A DNA stretch of 64,000 nt, from contig CM082596.2 of NCBI GenBank assembly GCA_040954595.2, positions 6,894,791 through 6,958,790 of the forward strand, read 5' to 3'. Every line of letters begins with the position of its first letter. Positions within the stretch are counted from its first letter, which is position 1. Made by a program: the position numbers and the translations under genes. Shown here piece by piece: positions 40,715-51,631 of this stretch. Below the pieces are notes generated by a model that worked only from the letters and a program-made list of their open reading frames with translations, was not told the origin of the DNA and did no database searches. The DNA is from Balanoglossus misakiensis (lineage: Eukaryota > Animalia > Hemichordata).

Positions 40715-41695
40715 ATGATGGGACCATGCGTTGGTTTCGGAAGGCGTCGCCAGATTCATTCGCCCGTCGCTCTATTCTGCGTTACGGTTACCGTTATCTT
40801 GCTGTTCGGATACGCGGTCATCATCAGGACGACCAGCAGGGGAGTGCCGTTACGAAGCCTCTCTGGCAACAGTTGGCGGAGCATGGTTAGATATGCAACG
40901 GGGGAAGCCGAGTGGGTGGAGGGGACGTTGCGACCCCACCGCCGACCGGTCGTGCCGAACATCGCCCATTTCATCTGGTTCACTTGCCACGAGTTCAGGT
41001 TCGACCACCTGGTCTCCATTCTCAGCGCTTACAAAGTGATGAAGGCCGACAGAATTCTGTTCCACACCGACTGCGAGCCGAGCGGCGATCGGTGGTGGGC
41101 AGAGGCGAGGAGCATACCGGTACTCGAAGTGGTGCACCGCGAGCGAGCTACGCGGATCTTCAACCAGTCGTTGAACGTCGATCTCCCCGAGCATTCTGCC
41201 GACGTGGCGCGGCTGGAGATCTTACTTGAAACCGGCGGCGTCTACCTGGACACCGACGTGGTTGTGGTCAACCCCCTTGAGCCGCTGCGCCACTACGATT
41301 TCGTCATCGGTCAACCGGCCGCTTACATCTTCAACAATTGCATGATGGTGGCTGCCAAGAATTCGACTTTTTTGAGAATGTTCTACGAGAGCTACGAATC
41401 TTATGACGGCGATTGTTTTACATGCAACTCGGGGATACAGCCGTTTAGACTCGCCCGCCAGCACCCAGAACTGGTCCACGTTGAACACGAGCGCGTGGTC
41501 GAATGGAACCACAATCTGCTGTTCTTCGGCAAGTACAGGTGGTGGGAGAACCGGTATACCATTCATATGTGGATAAGAGCCTACTTTGAAATGTGGTCAG
41601 GTGAAAAATTCACAGCAGATACAATACAAGACTTGGATACCTCGTATGGCGAGATTGCTCGCTATATCTACTATGGAACAAAGAATTTGTCATGA
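40715..41695 (+). CDS. GT32-family glycosyltransferase copy 2 (chimeric: 5' end of copy 3, 3' end of copy 1), 326 aa
   Basis: N-terminus MMGPCVGFGRRRQIHSPVALFCV is identical to copy 3. C-terminus EMWSGEKFTADTIQDLDTSYGEIARYIYYGTKNLS is like copy 1. GGVYLDTD is intact. Confidence 0.85.
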   Translation: MMGPCVGFGRRRQIHSPVALFCVTVTVILLFGYAVIIRTTSRGVPLRSLSGNSWRSMVRYATGEAEWVEGTLRPHRRPVVPNIAHFIWFTCHEFRFDHLVSILSAYKVMKADRILFHTDCEPSGDRWWAEARSIPVLEVVHRERATRIFNQSLNVDLPEHSADVARLEILLETGGVYLDTDVVVVNPLEPLRHYDFVIGQPAAYIFNNCMMVAAKNSTFLRMFYESYESYDGDCFTCNSGIQPFRLARQHPELVHVEHERVVEWNHNLLFFGKYRWWENRYTIHMWIRAYFEMWSGEKFTADTIQDLDTSYGEIARYIYYGTKNLS

Positions 41696-41723
41696 ACGAA
41701 GACAACCTGATTAAAATAAGTTG

Positions 41724-41835
41724 TAGAGTTAGGCGCTGATTCTTGGCTGCTCTGAAGGGGCCCCCCGAACTAAGTTCGCCTGAGAACAGCCAAGACAGAG
41801 AACAGAATAGCCAAAAGTATCAACGCCTAACTCTA
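41724..41835. mobile_element. Duplicated copy of the small TA-ended MITE-like element
   Basis: Same TIRs as 38877-38988, offset by 2847 bp. Confidence 0.55.
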
Positions 41836-43561
41836 TACTAGTATCAGATTGGCACAAAAATCGAACGATATGTAATAAACCATGTGTAATCCCATGGGTT
41901 GCAGTACTAAATTTGGCTGGAAGGGTGGACCAGAAAAATTAACAGAGTAATGAATTGAAACAGAAATGTTACTCTAGGGGCGTAGTTGGTCCAAAATATT
42001 TGTGGGCTTCTTTTTGACGTCTTCTGGGGTGGATGACTGTTGTGCACATGCGCGAGCAGCCGATCCGTTGAATGGCCTTTCTGGCAAGGACTTTTTTTAT
42101 CGCTCCAGAAGAATGGACAAAAGTTCTTAAAGGGAACACCTTCTCTATCAGCTTTATCTCAAAACAAATTGATATGCTTGGTAAAAATTCGATGGAAAAC
42201 AAGCCGCATAAACATCCAGTGTCAACAAGTCTAGAACTTATGCAAGAAATTTTATATCACTATCAGTTTTCGGTATTATGATTATCTTAATTCTTCATGC
42301 ACTGTTAGTTGGTATGACCGTGGTAAACCAGGTCAATGACTGGTACGGTTGAGCGAGTCTGAACCGACAATTGGACAGTCAATGCCACCGGTAGGGGAAT
42401 TACTCTACAAAGACTGACCCGGGAGCACAAAAGCCGAGGACGGCCTCACATGACAAAAAAATGCATGTGAATTGTCCCCAGCCAGGGCCATGGAGTAAGC
42501 GCTGGCTTCGATCGAAGTTTGGTCTGCCCTAGCATTTTATATTGGAGACTTGTATCCGGATGCCTACAAATGCTCAAAATAAATTGATTATAGGGTAAAT
42601 AGAGCTCAGTATCGCATCGTGATTCACTGTAGACAATTTCACAATGCAGTGGGAATCATTGTTGGCCGGGTGGCTAAAACACATGGGGTGTACAAGAAAA
42701 AAAGTACACATTTACACGTCACATTGCGTAAGGTACTTGAACTTTGGTCATGTCCTATAGTGGACAACGAAATATTTCAGAATAATAACATGAGAATGGG
42801 ACATATCCGTCCAGTTTTATGTTCTGTTTTTTTCTGGTAGTTAGCATATTTAGATAAATTTGCTCTCACTTAACATGGCGACTATATTTTTGTATTTCGC
42901 GTAGCCGTGTAATAAAGTGCAGCGTTTTTGACCGAGCTGTGTACTTGGCATTAACGGCATCTGCTGGATTTAATCCCGAGTGACATCTTATCGATGTGAC
43001 GGTGTGCTTATTGCGGTCCTGTAATGGGTGCGGTCAATGACATTCGGAGGAATCAATACGACCACTACGGTTTCTGCTGACAACGAGATACATGTACTGA
43101 ATTAGTTCGAAGTCTGAATAACAGAAGATATTTTTAGGCTAAAGCTTCAGAAAGAATGACGCTAAATGGACGGATTGTTATTGGCAACCGTCGTTTCCAA
43201 GCAGTCGGGGCGTGAGCTATGGTTTAGTACTGGGCAGACGTGTCCAGCCATCTCCAATATCTAATACAGCTATCCCAAACGCACACAGCGACGCCGACGC
43301 GAAACATTGCCGTTCTTTGTCCATGGCGCGACGTTCCGGCCAGAAATGAGCGAATACATTATACTGAAGTCTATACTGGAACAGTTTTGTGCTTCATGAA
43401 GGATAGAAGACTGATAGAAACCAATGGACTAGATTCTCGCATACAATATCCCGTGTTATGTATGGTGACATGCCGTCTTGTGTTTAAATATGGTGTACTG
43501 CCAAATTATCCATTTAAAATAATAATTATTATTGTACAATGACACGTGCAGTGGGTCGGCT

Positions 43562-44560
43562 ATGATGGGACCATGCGTTGGTTTCGGAAGGCGTCGCCAG
43601 ATTCATTCGCCCGTCGCTCTATTCTGCGTTACGGTTACCGTTATCTTGCTGTTCGGATACGCGGTCATCATCAGGACGACCAGCAGGGGAGTGCCGTTAC
43701 GAAGCCTCTCTGGCAACAGTTGGCGGAGCATGGTTAGATATGCAACGGGGGAAGCCGAGTGGGTGGAGGGGACGTTGCGACCCCACCGCCGACCGGTCGT
43801 GCCGAACATCGCCCATTTCATCTGGTTCACTTGCCACGAGTTCAGGTTCGACCACCTGGTCTCCATTCTCAGCGCTTACAAAGTGATGAAGGCCGAGAGA
43901 ATTCTGTTCCACACCGACTGCGAGCCGAGCGGCGACCGGTGGTGGGCAGAGGCGAGGAGCATACCGGTACTCGAGGTGGTGCACCGCGAGCGAGATACGC
44001 GGATCTTCAACCAGTCGTTGAACGTCGATCTCCCCGAGCATTCTGCCGACGTGGCGCGGCTGGAGATCTTGCTTGAAACCGGCGGCGTCTACCTGGACAC
44101 CGACGTGGTTGTGGTCAACCCTCTTGAGCCGCTGCGCCACTACGATTTCGTCATCGGTCAACCGGCCGCTTACATCTTCAACAATTGCATGATGGTGGCT
44201 GCCAAGAATTCGACTTTTTTGAGAATGTTCTACGAGAGCTACGAATCTTATGACGGCGATTGTTTTACATGCAACTCGGGGATACAGCCGTTTAGACTCG
44301 CCCGCCAGCACCCAGAACTGGTCCACGTTGAACACGAGCGCGTGGTCGAATGGAACCATAATTTGCTGTTCTTCGGCAAGTACAGGTGGTGGGAGAACCG
44401 GTACACAATTCATGTATGGATAAGAGCCTACTTTGAAATGTCCGACGAAGAAAACTTTACAGCAGAGAATATAAGATCAATGGACACGTCCTACGGCGAG
44501 ATTTCTCGTTATATTTACTATGGAACAAGACAGATCATACCTCTGTCGGATATTAGTTAA
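43562..44560 (+). CDS. GT32-family glycosyltransferase copy 3, 332 aa
   Basis: Same core and DxD motif; distinct C-terminus EMSDEENFTAENIRSMDTSYGEISRYIYYGTRQIIPLSDIS. Confidence 0.85.
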   Translation: MMGPCVGFGRRRQIHSPVALFCVTVTVILLFGYAVIIRTTSRGVPLRSLSGNSWRSMVRYATGEAEWVEGTLRPHRRPVVPNIAHFIWFTCHEFRFDHLVSILSAYKVMKAERILFHTDCEPSGDRWWAEARSIPVLEVVHRERDTRIFNQSLNVDLPEHSADVARLEILLETGGVYLDTDVVVVNPLEPLRHYDFVIGQPAAYIFNNCMMVAAKNSTFLRMFYESYESYDGDCFTCNSGIQPFRLARQHPELVHVEHERVVEWNHNLLFFGKYRWWENRYTIHVWIRAYFEMSDEENFTAENIRSMDTSYGEISRYIYYGTRQIIPLSDIS

Positions 44561-45020
44561 ATTTATTCATCGATGCTGTTGGGGAAATGCCCGTCTGTGC
44601 AAAAAAAACCGTTGTGATCGAACAGTTACGTAACTATTTAACAGAACAAGTCAGTGACCCTATATTTAAATAACAATGCTGCTATGTCTTCATATTATTC
44701 TGGGTCACGTTGTCATAGATCACGTGTGGGTAACTTCAATGCGAGATATCAAGAGAAACAATCGAATACAATCGCTGGTAAAGCAAACATTTCAAGAGGT
44801 AAAATGCATTGCCATAAAGCAATGCCTGTTTAAAAACGCAACGAGGTGAAGAGTATTGCCAATGAAGTGGCAATAGGCATACGTGCGTCTGAAATTGTGA
44901 CGAAATTGGACTTTGCATTTATGAATTTTTAACTTGAATATCCTCTTTACCAATCCGTGGGTCAGATAGATTAAAAATTTGACAAGTGACTCACACTTCA
45001 GGTCCCGTGTGTGTGTGTCT

Positions 45021-47762
45021 TTATTTCCTCCGTCTCTCAACCGCTCGCATCATGTACTGTTTCGGCTTCAGCGTCAATTGTAGATCTCCGTCGAGATCAG
45101 GGAGGGGGAACTCGTCGGCGCTCTGCAAAGTGTACCGCTGCAAGACTGAGCTTATCAGCAGAAACAATTCCATTTTGGACAGCTGCTCTCCGATGCATGA
45201 ACGGGATCCTGGGATAGATGGATTGGTGGGTGGGTGGGGTAGGGTGGAAGAGAGAGGGGGAGAGAGAGAGGGAGGGAGGGAGGGAGGGAGAGTGTTATTC
45301 GATGGAAAGGCTAACATTTGTCAAGGGTTACAGGCAAGTCAAAGGTTCATTATACACAACGATAGATTGTGCGTTATACAATTTTCTCATAATTAGCTGA
45401 TTGTATTCCTGGTGCAAGTTAATAAAATACTTAAATATAAATACCTACAATATAGTATGACTGTTTGCGAATTTAAACGTTCACCCTAACACCCTAACAT
45501 ACATGTAGTCCACAAGAGGAAGACGAAAATATTCCATTTATACCGGTACTTACCTAAACCAAACGTTATGAGCGATGATGATCTTGAAAAGTTCCCTTCC
45601 GAATCAAGGAAGCGACAAGGGTCAAACGTTTCGGGATTTTTCCAAACTGCAGGATCCCGATGAATGCCCCATATGTTGAGCCACACCATGGTGTCTTTCG
45701 GGACGTCGTAACCATACAACTTGGTGTCGTTTGTTGTCCAGCGAGGGACCGAGAGCGGCACAGTGCTCGTCAGGCGCAGGATTTCCGTGACGGTGGCCTC
45801 GACGTAGGGCAAGTTCGCCCTGTCGGACATCTCGGGGGGCCGATCCGTCCCGACGACGCGATCGATCTCTTCCTGTGCTCGGGTCTGGACGTCGGGATAC
45901 TTCATCAGGTAGAGCCACGCCCACATCAAGGTGGTGGCGGTGGTCTCGGTGCCGGCGGCGAACATGTCCAGGAGCAGCCGGTAGACCCGGTAGTACTTGA
46001 ACGGGTACAGCTCGGCGTTGACGTTGTTGTCGGCGGGCGTCGCGGCTCCGGGCGCCTGGCTCTCCCATTCCTTGGTGACGGCCAAGAAGACGTCCAAGAG
46101 GTCGCGCATGTTGCCGGGGTCGTAGGACGCGTCGTGCTCCTCGATGAACGGCTCGAACGTGTCGTACACCGCCTGGTTGTACGCCCGGCTGGCCCGCTTC
46201 AAGACGAGGTCGCACAGCTGCGAGGCGCCGGGCCACAGGAAGGCGAACCCGATGAAGGTCTGCGCCATCCTGAAGAGGGAGTCCACCGCGGACAGACACC
46301 CCGTGAACCGGGAATCGGAGTACTCAAAGCGGTGCCCCACCACGAAGGAGCACGTGATGTTGGACACGGCGTTGGTCACCGTCTGGTTAGGATCGAACGG
46401 CCCTCCCTTGTATTCGTCGAACTCTTGTAGCAGGTGCGCGCATTCGTCTGTCACTCGCCTCTCCATCAACGACTTCCCCATCCCGAACGTGCGGAGGGAG
46501 CTTAGCAGCAGCCTTCTCTTGCTCTTCCACTCTGACCCGCTGGAAAAGACCATCCCTGAAACGATGGATAAAACCAGAATTTTGTTACACTCTACACATT
46601 ACATAATGTAGAGTGTGCTTACATTTTCAAAACCAGTGGCGGAATGTTTTCACGACCCGACTGCTTCGGCCCGGACACCCTAGCCGCTTTAGCCCTTGTA
46701 CCGATTTTTGAAAACCCCAAATAAGACTCCCTATTTTATTTTCCACAATACTGTACTTCGGCGTTTAAATCAACACTCTACACGTGTTCCGGTCTCGTCA
46801 TCAATCACCATCACATCCGGCATCACCCGAGAACGCGCTCTACCCACTATTGGGAGACACTTACTTGGCAAGCCCTTACGCATGTTACGACGTGCCCTTA
46901 CAATCATGTACTATGGCACGCTAGAACTCGGTTTGAGAGTGTTTCACCGCAGACCCTATATGGCCTATGGTTTCATCAGGGAACTGTTCACTGCCAGTTT
47001 GTTTGAACCACGGCCCCAAAGAAAGACGGAGGAACTGTGTTTGAACACATACATAATGCGCACTGAGAAGTTTTTGCTTTTCAAACTAAAAAAAAACATT
47101 CCCCACCCATCTACCGTATTTTTGAAAACCATCATCATCAGCATTACTCGGGGGGTTGCCTTATCAGTGCCTATGTAAACTAAACAGAAGTATTTTACTG
47201 TGAAAAAAATATGTCAAATTTGGCAGCTGTAGAGGTTGTGTAATGGGAACAGCATTTTATTTTTTGTCAACACTGGTGGAGGATTTCTTACGTCTTTTTT
47301 TCAAAGAAAATATATCTGAACGTAAAAGTTCCATCGTGATAGCTGCAATGGGCCATCCAGCCACCAAACCAGCCCCACCAAGACTACAGTTATTGCAGCT
47401 ACCATCGTGACAGTCTTACCCTCGTTCATAAACCCGTCCGTTCCCGGCAAGATTGGTCTCCCGATAAAATTGTCACCGTTGTGGACGAGCGCGTCCCTGG
47501 CCGCCTCCAGGCTGTTCAGCACCAGCACCACCTTGGCGCCCAGACGTATCGTGAACACCTCGCCGTACCTGGTCCCCAGGTCGCGCAGAACGTGCAAGGG
47601 TCTGCTGCTGGTGTACATGAACAGGTTTCCGATGACGGGTAGGCTCGGAGGTCCCGGCGGTAACCTGTACGGCTTCGCCCATAGTCGTCGGAGGATCAAG
47701 TACGCGCCGAAGGATAGGATGAACGCCACAAGAACAGTTTGAACTTCGAGCCAAACGGACAT
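45021..47762 (-). CDS. Cytochrome P450, clan 2 (CYP2-like), 3 exons (47762-47420, 46555-45554, 45208-45021), 510 aa
   Basis: N-terminal TM, LPPGPPSLPVIGNL hinge, WKSKR C-helix, DMFAAGTETT I-helix, EILR, FDPCRF, and heme motif FGLG|SRSCIG split by a phase-1 intron; 343+1002+188=1533 nt. Confidence 0.93.
45225..45291. repeat. G/A-rich simple repeat ((GGGT)n, (GA)n, (GGGA)n) in CYP intron 2, next to the acceptor
   Basis: Directly visible; pyrimidine-rich on the coding strand. Confidence 0.8.
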
Positions 47763-48416
47763 CTTAATATTTGGTTCGGGGATTATTGATGAGGAAGGAA
47801 GGAACGCCTTTGTAGAGCTCTGTCGTCTCAGCAATGATCATCAGCAATGTTCAAGGTTTTGTGAGTGCTACCACTATTAATCATAATCGGCTAAAGTCAT
47901 GCAAATTCGCATAATAAAGTTCGGCAGTGTTCGGCACTTCACGACGGAGCCTCGGTAACATCCAATGTCTTAGGGCAAGCGCGTAAACAACGCGGACGGG
48001 GGGAAGTTGACGCCATATAAACATGGACACACTAGCGATATTTGACGGCAAATTACTTGGGCAGCCGCACTCGCGATATGGCTCCTCTGAAAGACAGCAA
48101 ATTGAAGTTTTCTGGAATGTGTTGGGAATCGCTTGTAGTTCACGGCAACAGCGAAAACGGTATTCGGAGAAGACCCCTATCTAATCGTTGTGGCTCCCCC
48201 TTCGACCTCCATGGCGGGTTGAAAAGCATCGGCCCTGATTGTTTAGCTACATCATGGTACAAACGTGAAATACTAGTAAAGCAACAACACAATAGTTCAC
48301 CCATGCGTGCCAGGTATTTAACCGGTCGCAGTGACCCTGTTTTGGCACCGTTAAATAAATGCACATACAAAAAAGGTGCATGAACTCCTTCACGTGATGA
48401 CATCAATAGTTGTTTA

Positions 48417-49179
48417 GGCTGCATTCACAAACACCTCTGGAGGGGGGGGGGGCGGGAGAATTCAATTTCTTTTACCGCTAATTTTCACATGCCCCCCTTC
48501 CGAACTGCCGATATTTTCAAATCCCCCCCTTCCGAACTGCCAAAATTTTGAAATCCCCCCCCCCCCATTTTCTTTCACAGAGCAAAACACATCACCTATC
48601 TATCTTGTAAAAAGAAAAACAGCGCTCCCATGAAAAGAATTTGAAACTGATGTTTCCCCTCATCAGTGGGTATTAAAACTGAACATTGTTTTTTATTTTT
48701 TAAGTACATATATTTGTATTCTGTGTTGGGAGACATTGTAAACTGCGTAAGAAAATTTTCTAAAATACAGAGCTCAAAGCTGCATTTTAATGAACCTGGC
48801 AAAAGCAAATTAACTCAACTACCGGTATGTTGGGGAGGACAAATTTAACCGTCGCCGCTCAAAGTTATCATGGGGTGGGGCAAGTCCCCTGACCTGGAAC
48901 ACTAGATAAACCAGTCAATGATTGAAAGGTGTTGATGAATGGAAGGGGTGGGTGTGGGAGGGGGTGTCCCCCTCCCACATTAGAAAATTTTGTAAAATAA
49001 AGGGCGCGAAACTGCATTTTCGTGGACTCAAAATAAATATTTAGTCGTTAAAGTTTTCAAGTCCCCCCCTTTCAGTCCCTAAATTATTTCAAATCCCCCC
49101 CTTACATACCCTCAATTTTTTCAAATCCCCCCCCTCAATTCTCCCGCCCCCCCCTCCAGAGGTGTTTGTGAATGCAGCC
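48417..49179. mobile_element. PIF/Harbinger-type (Tourist-like) MITE, 763 bp
   Basis: ~45-bp TIRs GGCTGCATTCACAAACACCTCTGGAGGGGGGGG..GCGGGAGAATT / AATTCTCCCGCCCCCCCCTCCAGAGGTGTTTGTGAATGCAGCC. TTA TSD at 48414-16 and 49180-82. Subterminal AAATCCCCCCC repeats; no transposase ORF. Confidence 0.88.
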
Positions 49180-49392
49180 TTACTTCGTTGCAAACATCAA
49201 GTTTACTTCAGGTCCTTTTTTGTCACTCTCGGCTTGGAGCTATCACAGCTCGGTTATAGCATGGTGTGTGGGGTGACCGTGGTTATAGTATTATTATTTT
49301 TTGTATAAAGAACGGCCAAGGCCATACCCGATTGACAAAACTTATCTCCCTCAGTCAATTCTCGCAGCAGGTGGTTTTGGGTACAATGTGGT

Positions 49393-49480
49393 TTAACCCT
49401 TTCACCCCCAGTTCCCTCTTCAGAGGTCTCGCCTTACCATAGAAAACAATGTGTTTGGACTGGACCATGGTGGTGAAAGG
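49393..49480. mobile_element. Tiny piggyBac-like MITE family, copy 1
   Basis: TTAA-CCCTTTCACC ... GGTGGTGAAAGG termini, with internal CATAGAAAACA..TTTGGAC shared with 53573-53668 and 61970-62054. Confidence 0.6.
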
Positions 49481-50523
49481 TATGGGAAGGTGTGCGCGAA
49501 GACAGAAGTCATCGGAGGGGACGGCCCGTTTTGCATGTTTTATCTTTCAGGCACCGGTTTACCATGATCAGCTGTAGCAGAAATTGCCAAAAAACTTAAT
49601 ATCACTCTGATAGTTACGAACTAGCGGTCGTGCAGTGGACGTCGTGTGGTGAAGCAGAAACAACTCTGGCGGGGTTGTTCAAGAACAGGCCTCCGATAGT
49701 CTTGCCGTAAACAAACCTAAGGGTCACCTTGCCAGACCCAAGGCTGCCCGTGAGTCATGCCACCGGGAGAATATGTCGAAACTAGGTCGGAACCGCACAA
49801 CACCACACCAAAAGCGACTTCGTCTTAATACGAATCCGAATACAACTTCAAACCAGATACCAACCCGTGCCATACCACCGCATTTCATTAAATTGATCAA
49901 AAAGCGAGAAAAAATTCAAATTCAAATAAAAAATATATATTATATTTGTAAAGGAAACGTCACGTCTACGAACGTCCCATTAGACAAGGGACACTGGAAA
50001 ATATTACTTTATGATTGGCGGTAAAATATCTGACGCAGAAAATCGGAAAGTCTTTCACCTATTTGCTTTTGTCCAGTATGGACAGAGGTACTTGACCTAG
50101 AGTAATCAAATAGTGTAATTCAATCATGTCAGCACGAGACATCACGCGCTAAGTTCGTGTTTATAAGAAATATTAAGATCACGTGTTCCTTTTATGACTC
50201 AAAACTTGACTAACGTATTAATAAAATTTTAAGTTAGTGACTACCATGACTACTGAGATCCGTGATGGGAGTCAACGAGCATGGATCAAGTCGTGTAAAT
50301 GCTTACGTGTGACCAGTAAAAAAACTGAACTTAGTTCACGGAAAACGTGCTGTAAGTCTCTGTTTACACAAGGTTAGTACGATCTGTCGGTTATGTATTC
50401 GTGAAAGCAAAATCCATGGGCTACGGGCATGACATTCTGAACAGAGAGTGGCGCGTATAGATAACTTAAAGACGCGCACGACTTATAAACAACTAGCATA
50501 TGTGAGCGTGGCTTGTTCTGGGG

Positions 50524-50675
50524 TTAGACTCTCTCACAGCCCCTCTCGCGATCGCCGTCCGTGCAGGCTTATGGCAGGGTCTGATTGCATATGGGGCTTC
50601 TTTGCTAAACGGTTGAGGGCGCGTCAGTGAAGAGCCTTGTGCCCTGGTAGCGAGCCGTGGGCTGTGAGAGTCTAA
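50524..50675. mobile_element. 152-bp MITE with 8-bp target-site duplication
   Basis: TIRs TTAGACTCTC(TC)ACAGCCC / GGGCTGTGAGAGTCTAA, flanked on both sides by TTCTGGGG (50516-50523 and 50676-50683). Confidence 0.85.
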
Positions 50676-51631
50676 TTCTGGGGTATGTTCATCTCTTCAT
50701 CGCACGCACGCATCCTGTAGTATTCCTCGTGGATTCGGTGGCGCATACCCACCATCCGGTCGCAGACGAAAGTTTAGCAGTACAGAGGTGATATAACACG
50801 TTATGTATTAAAACGTTGCCGCACCGATTTAATCAGCCGCCATATAAACAGTACGCAGCTATCGTGGTATGCGTCGCCAAGAGATGACAAACTGAAGCAA
50901 ATGCATATAATATGGATTAATGGTGAGGATGTTAGAAGACAGGTAATATATTTGAAGTATTTTACTGTGGGAAAAAAATGTGTGAAATTTGGCAGCTATA
51001 GTGGCTTTACGGCATTGCAGAAGCACATTTCTTCCACACACACCCACCACCTGCCAACAATTTTCGCACATTGGCGATCGACAAATGCGCATCACAAATT
51101 TTCTAAAAATAAATAACTCGCGCATTGCAATTCCTAAATGGTTGTCGCCAGCAGAATCTGAACAAGTCGTGAGCGCCTGAATTTTATCAACATAATCCAC
51201 CTCCCATGATTGAAAAAATAGCATTTGAAAAAAGCAAATATGGACTTAATATAATGGGAAGCAAAATGGACATATCTCGGTACAGGGTCTTTGAAAACAG
51301 CAATCAATGCAAAACAAATGATGTTAGTATTATTAGCCCTAATTAGACTGAGCGTCCTCGCCACCTGTGCCGGTATGCAGTCCCGCTTAACTCCATATTG
51401 GAATGCATGAATGTGGTATCTTGAATTCAGACTAAATTCACTCGCCATTTTCGTGGATACTCAGTAGGAAAAAGTGTTGGTTGAATTTGGTACATTGTAG
51501 TTGTGTGGTTCCAACCACCATCGCATAACTGGCCCAGCTCAAGCGAAATCTCATTTGCATGTCATTTGCATGGTGATAAAAAAATGCTAATTTCAGACCC
51601 TTGTTTCAGTGTGGTATTACAGTAGAGAATC

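Larger units (their letters stand above)
38060..44441 (+). repeat. Tandem segmental duplication, period 2847 bp (~2.25 units)
   Basis: 38060 aligns with 40907 and 43754. Stop codons at 38848/41695 and ATGs at 40715/43562 are each 2847 apart, and the two intergenic spacers are near-identical. Confidence 0.96.
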
